Shown in pieces: positions 54,818-64,000 of a stretch of 64,000 nucleotides of DNA. The first letter of the stretch is position 1; each line of letters starts with the position of its first letter. A program made the position numbers and the translations under genes. The stretch is from positions 36,088 to 100,087 of the forward strand of contig CAYGPF010000004.1 in the NCBI GenBank assembly GCA_964351785.1. The letters are read 5' to 3'. Source of the stretch: an uncultured Rhodomicrobium sp. Lineage in GTDB: Bacteria > Pseudomonadota > Alphaproteobacteria > Rhizobiales > HXMU1428-3. The notes beneath the pieces were generated by a model that searched no databases, was not told where the DNA came from, and was given only the letters and a program-made list of their open reading frames with translations.

Positions 54818-56272
54818 GTGACTATTGTGGAAAAAGACAAGGGAAAAGCGTGGGATCGCGTTGCAACGCGGCTGAGAGCCGAACTTGGAGAAGAAATTTT
54901 TACCAGCTGGTTTGGCCGGGTTGAATTTGAGAGCCTTGATCAGGGCGTATTAAAGCTATCCGTTCCAACAAGGTTTTTGCGAAAATGGCTGGTCTCTCAC
55001 TATTATGACCGGGTGATTACCGCTGCCACTTCTGAATTTGAAAAACTTGAAGAGGCAATTAAATCCATCGTGTTTTCGGTTCGCCAACCAGTGGCCGTGA
55101 AAGATACAGGGGAAGTCGGTGTTAGCGCCAAAACCTCCCAGCAACTTAACAACCAATTGGGCGCTCAAGCCTCAGCAGGTGTTTTTAGTGACGGCTCGCA
55201 TGAGAGTTTCACTGAATATGAGGGCTTTCAGGGCTCCCCGCTTGATAAGCGCTTTACATTTGAGAGCTTTGTAACAGGGGCTTCCAACCGGCTCGCCTTT
55301 GCCGCTGCGAAACAAGTTGCAGAACAGCTTGGCCAGAGCATGCGCTTTAACCCTTTATACATCCATTCAACTGTCGGCTTGGGCAAAACCCATCTGCTAC
55401 ACGCCATTGCCTGGGATGTAACCAAACGAATGCCGCAAGCCCGCGTGCTTTACCTGACAGCCGAGCGCTTCATGTACAGCTTTATTGACGCGCTGCGCAC
55501 CCGCGATGCCCTGGCCTTTAAAGATAAACTCAGAGGCATCGACATTCTGCTGATTGATGATATGGAATTTCTGCAAGGCAGAGCCACACAGCAGGAATTC
55601 GGCCACACGCTCAATTCACTCATAGACAGCAACAAGCAGGTGATTGTTGCCTCTGACCGGGCGCCGACCCAGCTTGAAAGCCTTGATGCGCGGATGCGCT
55701 CTCGGCTTGGCGGCGGCCTCGTGGTTGAAGTTGAGCAGCTTGATTTTGACCTCAGACTGCAGATTATCCGCCGCCGGGTGGAGGATAAAATTCAGGAAGA
55801 TCAGAACTTTGTTGTTCATGATGAAGTTGTCAGTTTTCTGGCCGAGCGACTTACAGAAAGCGGGCGCGAGCTGGACGGCGCCGTAAACCGGATTTATGCC
55901 AACTCGCAATTTACCAGTGAGCCAATCACTGTCACAGCGGTTGAACATATCATCCGGGATCTCATGTGCTCCAAAGAACCGCGCCGTATCAAAATTGATG
56001 ACATTTTACGGGTGATCTCGCGCCATTATGGCGTCACTCGCAGCGATATTCTTTCTGAACGGCGGAACCGCTCCATTGTGCTGCCGCGTCAGGTTGGCAT
56101 GTATCTGGCCAAACGGCTGACAGCCCGGTCCTTGCCAGAAATCGGCCGCCGGTTTGGCGGGCGGGATCACACCACGGTGCTGCACGCCATTCGCAAGATT
56201 GAAAAGGAAATTTCCGATAATCAGACCCTGCGGGAAGATCTCGGCATTCTGGAGCGTCTTTTGAAAGACTGA
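54818..56272 (+). CDS. dnaA: Chromosomal replication initiator protein
   Basis: Walker A GLGKTHLLHAI, box VII, and the C-terminal DNA-binding signature GGRDHTTVLHAIRKI. The start is GTG 54818 or GTG 54827. Confidence 0.97.
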   Translation: MTIVEKDKGKAWDRVATRLRAELGEEIFTSWFGRVEFESLDQGVLKLSVPTRFLRKWLVSHYYDRVITAATSEFEKLEEAIKSIVFSVRQPVAVKDTGEVGVSAKTSQQLNNQLGAQASAGVFSDGSHESFTEYEGFQGSPLDKRFTFESFVTGASNRLAFAAAKQVAEQLGQSMRFNPLYIHSTVGLGKTHLLHAIAWDVTKRMPQARVLYLTAERFMYSFIDALRTRDALAFKDKLRGIDILLIDDMEFLQGRATQQEFGHTLNSLIDSNKQVIVASDRAPTQLESLDARMRSRLGGGLVVEVEQLDFDLRLQIIRRRVEDKIQEDQNFVVHDEVVSFLAERLTESGRELDGAVNRIYANSQFTSEPITVTAVEHIIRDLMCSKEPRRIKIDDILRVISRHYGVTRSDILSERRNRSIVLPRQVGMYLAKRLTARSLPEIGRRFGGRDHTTVLHAIRKIEKEISDNQTLREDLGILERLLKD

Positions 56273-56611
56273 GCCCTTTAAAAACAGGGCCATTGCCAAA
56301 ACCGATGGGGTGGTTGAGGGTTGTTTTTGGGTTACAATTGCTGCTGATCACAGGCCAGGTTTATTCAAACACCTTGCAAGAGACAAGGCCGATCAGGTTA
56401 GGAACCCCCTCAATATACCCCGGTTATTCACGCATCTGGCTGATTTTTTCAGCCAGATGCGGCAATATTCTTGGATAGACCCGCCTCTGGCTTGAAAAAC
56501 GGTTGCAAAATGAGGCCATACCGGGTTCAATTGCGGTCCGAATTCAGTTAGTTATTTCTTATTTTCATTTCACACCTTATGAATTTCACCTGATTGCAAG
56601 CGGATCTTGAG

Positions 56612-57727
56612 ATGCAACTTGTTATTGAAAAAAGCGCTCTTTTAAAAGCTCTTAGCCATGTAACTTCAATTGTCGAACGCCGGAACACCATTCCGATTTT
56701 ATCGAATGTGTTGCTGGTTGCTGCCAATGATCATTTGTGCCTGACCGCAACAGATCTTGAGCGCGAAGTTATCGAAAAAGTACCTGCCAAAATTTCTGAG
56801 AATGGCGGCATTACCATTCAGGCCCATGTGCTGCACGATATTGTCAGGAAACTGGCTGATGGGGCTGATATAGAAATTTCCAAAGGTGATGAAAACCGGG
56901 TTCTGGTCGTTGCCGGGCAGGGGCGTTTTGATCTGCAGTCACTGCCGGCCGAAGATTTCCCCGAGCTCAGCACGGATGATCTCAGCCATAAATTTGAATT
57001 AAGCGCCAGCAATCTCAAACAACTTATTGAGAAGACCCGCTTTGCCATCTCCACTGAGGAGACCCGCTATTATCTCAACGGGATCTATCTGCATCAGGCA
57101 GAGACTGATGGCACAGCCATGCTGCGCACTGTCGCCACAGACGGGCACAGGCTGGCCCAGGTGGAGGTGCCGTTACCTGATGGGGCGGATGGTTTTCCCG
57201 GCGCCATTATTCCGCGAAAAACTGTCGGTGAAATTCACCGAATGGTCAGCGAGACGGAAGGTAATGTCACTGTTGAGATGTCTGACGCTAAAATTAGGTT
57301 CTCTACAGGTGATCTGGTGATGACATCGAAATTAATCGATGGCACCTTCCCTGATTATGCGCGCGTGATCCCGACTGCCAATGACAAAGCCCTGCAGATC
57401 GCACGGGAGAGTTTTGCCAAGGCGGTTGACCGGGTTTCAACCCTTTCCTCTGACAGGGGACGGGCTGTCAAACTCAACCTGAGCAGTAAAAGCCTTGTTT
57501 TAACCGTCAACAATCCAGATAGCGGCAGCGCCACTGAACAACTTGATGTTGATTATGATGAAGAGCCGCTCGAGATCGGATTTAATGCGCGGTACCTTCT
57601 GGACATCACTGGTCAGATTGAAAGTGACACAGCAACCTTTCTGCTGGCTGATCCCGGCTCACCGACCATGGTACATGACAGTGGTGATATCTCTGCCCTT
57701 TATGTCCTGATGCCAATGCGGGTTTAA
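56612..57727 (+). CDS. dnaN: DNA polymerase III beta sliding clamp
   Basis: MQLVIEKSALLKALSHV..., three clamp domains, and the C-terminal YVLMPMRV. Confidence 0.96.
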   Translation: MQLVIEKSALLKALSHVTSIVERRNTIPILSNVLLVAANDHLCLTATDLEREVIEKVPAKISENGGITIQAHVLHDIVRKLADGADIEISKGDENRVLVVAGQGRFDLQSLPAEDFPELSTDDLSHKFELSASNLKQLIEKTRFAISTEETRYYLNGIYLHQAETDGTAMLRTVATDGHRLAQVEVPLPDGADGFPGAIIPRKTVGEIHRMVSETEGNVTVEMSDAKIRFSTGDLVMTSKLIDGTFPDYARVIPTANDKALQIARESFAKAVDRVSTLSSDRGRAVKLNLSSKSLVLTVNNPDSGSATEQLDVDYDEEPLEIGFNARYLLDITGQIESDTATFLLADPGSPTMVHDSGDISALYVLMPMRV

Positions 57728-57766
57728 TTTTTGAGCGGCAAGACAAAACCAGTAGATACGGGCCTG

Positions 57767-58915
57767 ATGACAGAAGCCCAGGGTCGTTCATGGATTGAAG
57801 AGCTGAGCCTTTATCAATTCCGTAATTACCAAAACCTCAAACTATCACTTGAACCCGGGCCTGTTGTGCTTGTTGGCAATAATGGTGCTGGCAAAACAAA
57901 TCTGCTGGAGGCGGTTTCCCTGCTTGCGCCGGGGCAGGGGCTCAGGCGGGCGGCCCTGCGTGAATTTGCCCTGTTTGACAGTGATGGAGACTGGGCCATT
58001 TCCGCGCAGGTACATGGGGCACTTGGCGAGGTCAGGATTGGCACCGGTGTTACCGGGGCGGCCCAGCTTGACGTGCCGCGGCGGAAAATCAAAATTGACG
58101 GGGAAGCCAACAGTAGCTCGACATTGCTTGGGCAATCGTTGCAAATGCTGTGGCTTACGCCGCAGATGGACGGGCTGTTTACAGGCGGGGCGTCTGACCG
58201 GCGGCGCTTTCTGGACCGGTTGATGCTGGTATTCAATCCTGATGCACGCAAGCAATGGAACCTGTTTGAACGGGCCATGCGCCAGCGCAACAAACTTCTG
58301 GAAATGCCGGATGCCTCGCACCAGATGCTTGATGGGCTGGAGACGCAAATGGCCGAATATGGGGTGGTGATTGCGGCCAGTCGGCTGGAGGCCATTGAGC
58401 GGCTGCGTGCCGTCATTCGTGACAGCTGGCGAGAGAACAGCCCGTTTCCCTTTGCCACCCTTGCGCTAGAGGGCCGGCTCGAAAACGCTCTTGAACTTGA
58501 TGCGGCGGTTGATGTTGAGGATGATTACCGGGAAATTCTTTACAACAACCGCGGGTTGGATCGTACCGCCCGCCGGACGCTTGAGGGCCCGCATCGCACT
58601 GACCTGATTGTTGGTCACGGGCCGAAACATATGCCGGCCCGGCTCTGTTCCACGGGTGAACAGAAGGCACTGCTGACCGGACTGGTGCTGGCCCACTCCC
58701 GATTGATATTTGAGCGCTCTGGTGGGTATGCGCCACTGCTGCTGCTTGATGAAATTGCGGCCCATTTTGATGTGGCCCGCCGCCATGCGCTTTATGAAGA
58801 GATTATCGATTTAAACTGTCAGGCGTGGATGACGGGCACAGGTCCTGAAATGTTTGAATTTTTTGGTGAAAGGGCTCAGATATTCACCATAGACGGGGCC
58901 AAAATCAGCGGGTAG
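57767..58915 (+). CDS. recF: DNA replication and repair protein RecF
   Basis: LSLYQFRNY, Walker A GNNGAGKTNLLEA, signature CSTGEQKALL and LLLDEIAAHFD. The start is uncertain (TTG 57731 or ATG 57767). Confidence 0.94.
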   Translation: MTEAQGRSWIEELSLYQFRNYQNLKLSLEPGPVVLVGNNGAGKTNLLEAVSLLAPGQGLRRAALREFALFDSDGDWAISAQVHGALGEVRIGTGVTGAAQLDVPRRKIKIDGEANSSSTLLGQSLQMLWLTPQMDGLFTGGASDRRRFLDRLMLVFNPDARKQWNLFERAMRQRNKLLEMPDASHQMLDGLETQMAEYGVVIAASRLEAIERLRAVIRDSWRENSPFPFATLALEGRLENALELDAAVDVEDDYREILYNNRGLDRTARRTLEGPHRTDLIVGHGPKHMPARLCSTGEQKALLTGLVLAHSRLIFERSGGYAPLLLLDEIAAHFDVARRHALYEEIIDLNCQAWMTGTGPEMFEFFGERAQIFTIDGAKISG

Positions 58916-59044
58916 CCGATGGTTGGGACAGGGCCGCAAAATAGAGCCAGAATTAATATTTAACCCCTTGATATTGCTGTGTTTTATATTCTTTTTTTTG
59001 TGTTTTTCACAAGCAATCTGTTCTATATTGAATTGAGTGCCTGA

Positions 59045-61546
<2,502 letters not shown>

Positions 61547-61723
61547 CGCTGGCATTTTGTTCCAAGGGCGGCCAATATGGTTTGCCTCGTGGCCGGCGTT
61601 GGTATCTCAGGGCGCGGTGATATTAAGAGTTGGGATGTGGCTGGGCTTGGCTATTCCGGATCAATCTCATGGGGGGCTTTTTATCAAACGGGCGAAAGCG
61701 GCTGTGTCGCCCAGTCTGCGCCC

Positions 61724-62446
61724 TTATTGCCAAATCAGTACATGAAATTCTATCGGCCCATGCGCGCCAAGGGTGAGGGACTGCTCGATATCGGCGGTTC
61801 GGGATGGCCCGGATATCATGTTAATCGTGCGCGGGATCTGGTTGGCACTGCCACTGCTGGTGCTCAGGCATTTGTCAAATGCCTGCTCGTAGGTTTCGGT
61901 TATATCATTTCTGTTCAATAGCGCGATGTGGCAGCTTGCGAGGAAATTCAAAGGTGTCGGGTTTTCATTGCCGGATGTGAAAAACAGTGTGCCGGTTTCC
62001 GAGGCGGCGGCTGTTGCTCTTGTCAGGCTGATCATGTGGCTGTCGGTGCTGCTATCTTTGCCTTGCCAGGCGGTAAATGTCAGCTGGCTGGCGGATGCAC
62101 CGGCGCTCTTTCGCAGGGTTTCAATGATGAGGTCAGCACCGCATATAATTTCGAGGTTTTTGCCGCTGTCTTCGCTTTTATCGCTTTGGTCTGCTGCGAT
62201 GGAAGTGATCGCTTTGATCAGGTCTCCCTCACCCACCGGCCCTATTATATTGGCGCTTTGTGTTTTGAGATTGGCGCAAAGCCTGTCAAAGGCTACGTCA
62301 TTGACGGGGGCTGGTGCTTTAAAGCTCACACGTTTTTCCCGCGCTTTCATCAGCCAGTCAGCGGGAGTGAGCGCTGCATGATTTGGGGTGCCGCGCTGTT
62401 TCCTGTTTCCAAGTTTTGAGAAAAAATTATCTTTGGATGCGTTCAT
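61724..62446 (-). CDS. lutC: LutC/YkgG family (LUD domain) lactate utilization protein C
   Basis: C-terminal GPSRTADIEQSLTLGAHGP..FHVLI matches the LutC signature. It overlaps the lutB stop by 4 nt. Confidence 0.75.
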   Translation of the reverse strand: MNASKDNFFSKLGNRKQRGTPNHAALTPADWLMKAREKRVSFKAPAPVNDVAFDRLCANLKTQSANIIGPVGEGDLIKAITSIAADQSDKSEDSGKNLEIICGADLIIETLRKSAGASASQLTFTAWQGKDSSTDSHMISLTRATAAASETGTLFFTSGNENPTPLNFLASCHIALLNRNDITETYEQAFDKCLSTSSGSANQIPRTINMISGPSRTADIEQSLTLGAHGPIEFHVLIWQ

Positions 62447-63903
62447 GACCGGCCTGCCTTTTGTCGGGTCCCGTGCTGTTTCCCATAGAGGCTCTGAAAA
62501 CTCTCCCTTGCTATCGACGGGGCTTTTCTATGACGGCACCAGGCCTTTAATCCCGGCAGCAGCGCGGCAAGAGACGGGCTCCGGGTGATCAATGACAGGA
62601 TGGGTAGCCCCAGTTTTGTTGCCAGAAGATAAAGCCGGGGGCGTTTGGCCAGAAAACTCCAGCCCCTGATGGCGGCATACTCAAACCATCCCTGATCCTT
62701 CGCGGCTTCTTCGCGCCAGAACCGCATCAATTTTGTAAGCGGTATCTGCATCGGGCAGACCTCGTTGCAGCGGCCGCAAAAACTTGAGGCAAAGGGCAAG
62801 GCGGCCGCCTTTTCCCCCATGAATTGCGGCGAGAGCACAGCGCCCATAGGGCCTGGATAAACCGAGCCATAAGCATGACCACCAAGGTTCTGATATACAG
62901 GGCAATGGTTGAGACAGGCGCCGCAGCGGATGCAACGCAGCATCTCCTGAAATTTGGAGCCCAGCATCTGGCTGCGACCGTTATCAAGTATCACAACATG
63001 GAAATTCTCCGGCCCGTCGCGATCATCATGCCGGCGGGGGCCGGTGAAAAACGTGGTGTAGGTGGAAATGGACTGACCGGTTGCGGAGCGGGCCAGCAAC
63101 CTTAAAATGACACTGGCATCTTCAATGGTTGGGACAATTTTTTCAAAACTGGTGATGACGATATGGGTTTTTGGAAGAGACGATACCAGATCACCGTTGC
63201 CTTCATTGGTGACAATAACGGCGCTGCCGGTTTCTGCGATCAGGAGATTGGCACCAGTGATACCAACCTCGGCATTTAAAAAAGCTTCCCTTAAAACACC
63301 GCGGGCTTCCTTGACAAAATCTTCCGGGGTATCAAGGGCCCGGTCTTTTTCCAGATTTTTATGAGCGGTCAGAAAATCACCCCTGATATCTTTTCTGGTG
63401 AGGTGAACTGCGGGCGCGATGATGTGGCTTGGTTTTTCCTCCCGCAACTGGATGAGATATTCCCCAAGGTCCGTTTCAACGCAGGTAAAGCCTTCTTCCT
63501 CCAGATGCTCCCTTAAATCAATTTCCTCGCTGACCATTGATTTACCCTTGGAGATGGTTCTGGCCCCGGCTTTGTGACAGATTTCGGTGACGCAGGCGAG
63601 AGCTTCATCCGGCGTGCCCGCGTAATGCAGCTGACCGCCTGTTTCACCAAGCGCTTTTTCAAACTGGTTTAAATAGGTTTCCAGATGCGTGAGGCTATGA
63701 TTTTTTATCTCAACGGCCCTGTCAGAAAGTTCTGCGAAGTCAGGGCATTGCTCTACCGCTTTGCTACGCTTGCCGACAAAGCCTTCAGCGATGACGGAGA
63801 GGGCCTGCTGCAGGTTTTCATCATGCAGGGCAACATCTGCGCGTTGCTTTAACTTTTGATGGTTTTCTTTCATAAAAGGGCGGCCCCACCTGACCTGGGG
63901 CAT
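62443..63903 (-). CDS. lutB: LutB/YkgF family iron-sulfur lactate utilization protein B
   Basis: Ferredoxin motifs CIRCGACLNHCPVY and CGRCNEVCP, plus a LUD domain. An AGGAAA SD lies before the ATG at 63903. Confidence 0.85.
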   Translation of the reverse strand: MPQVRWGRPFMKENHQKLKQRADVALHDENLQQALSVIAEGFVGKRSKAVEQCPDFAELSDRAVEIKNHSLTHLETYLNQFEKALGETGGQLHYAGTPDEALACVTEICHKAGARTISKGKSMVSEEIDLREHLEEEGFTCVETDLGEYLIQLREEKPSHIIAPAVHLTRKDIRGDFLTAHKNLEKDRALDTPEDFVKEARGVLREAFLNAEVGITGANLLIAETGSAVIVTNEGNGDLVSSLPKTHIVITSFEKIVPTIEDASVILRLLARSATGQSISTYTTFFTGPRRHDDRDGPENFHVVILDNGRSQMLGSKFQEMLRCIRCGACLNHCPVYQNLGGHAYGSVYPGPMGAVLSPQFMGEKAAALPFASSFCGRCNEVCPMQIPLTKLMRFWREEAAKDQGWFEYAAIRGWSFLAKRPRLYLLATKLGLPILSLITRSPSLAALLPGLKAWCRHRKAPSIARESFQSLYGKQHGTRQKAGRS

Positions 63904-64000
63904 TGCTTTCCTGGTTGTCGGTTGATCCGGGGGTTGAATTTTCCATTCCTGTTTTCAGTAGTTTGCGTCAGCTTTTCTTGACAAGCAATTGAAAATGCAA

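Noticed and set aside
57826-58458. 210-aa and 167-aa ORFs antisense to recF.
   Set aside because: They lie opposite a gene with clear Walker A and signature motifs, and their Ser/Arg/Ala-rich products are typical of antisense frames.

Overview
This 64 kb window reads as core chromosome of an alphaproteobacterium, roughly 50% GC by eye. The lineage call rests on GapR/DUF2312, 5-aminolevulinate synthase, ccoNOQP-GHIS, the rsmB-heparinase-purH synteny and the phoR-pstSCAB-phoU-phoB layout. I cannot name a genus.

Content from left to right:
- The 3' part of an outer-membrane beta-barrel-like gene.
- An accessory-looking cluster of four small secreted proteins, three of them tandem paralogs that I do not recognise.
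- gapR, rsmB, a heparinase II/III-like gene and purH.
- A duplicated intergenic block carrying 35-bp tandem repeats.
- Cytochrome b561, an SDR gene, queG, a GST gene, uppP and msrB.
- The complete Pho locus on the minus strand (phoR, pstS, pstC, pstA, pstB, phoU, phoB), with Pho boxes and an adjacent ppk2.
- A MliC/SH3 protein.
- A MocR-like regulator abutting a heme/respiration supercluster (ccmFGHI, hemA, ccmE, fnr-type regulator, ccoNOQP, ccoGHIS).
- Two hybrid histidine kinases, comM/yifB, a DUF1287 gene, gluQ and rpsT.
- An unusually long (about 1.77 kb) noncoding spacer with two degenerate tandem-repeat arrays, an AT-rich island and a CtrA-type box.
- dnaA, dnaN, recF, gyrB, then lutC and lutB.

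I could not recognise any rRNA, tRNA, CRISPR array, transposase or integrase.

The two most unusual regions are the small secreted Gly-rich protein cluster (1.7-4.3 kb), with its shared upstream motif and SD-sequestering leaders, and the repeat-laden rpsT-dnaA spacer (53.0-54.8 kb). All homology calls come from reading the translated ORFs and recalling family motifs. No database search was run.
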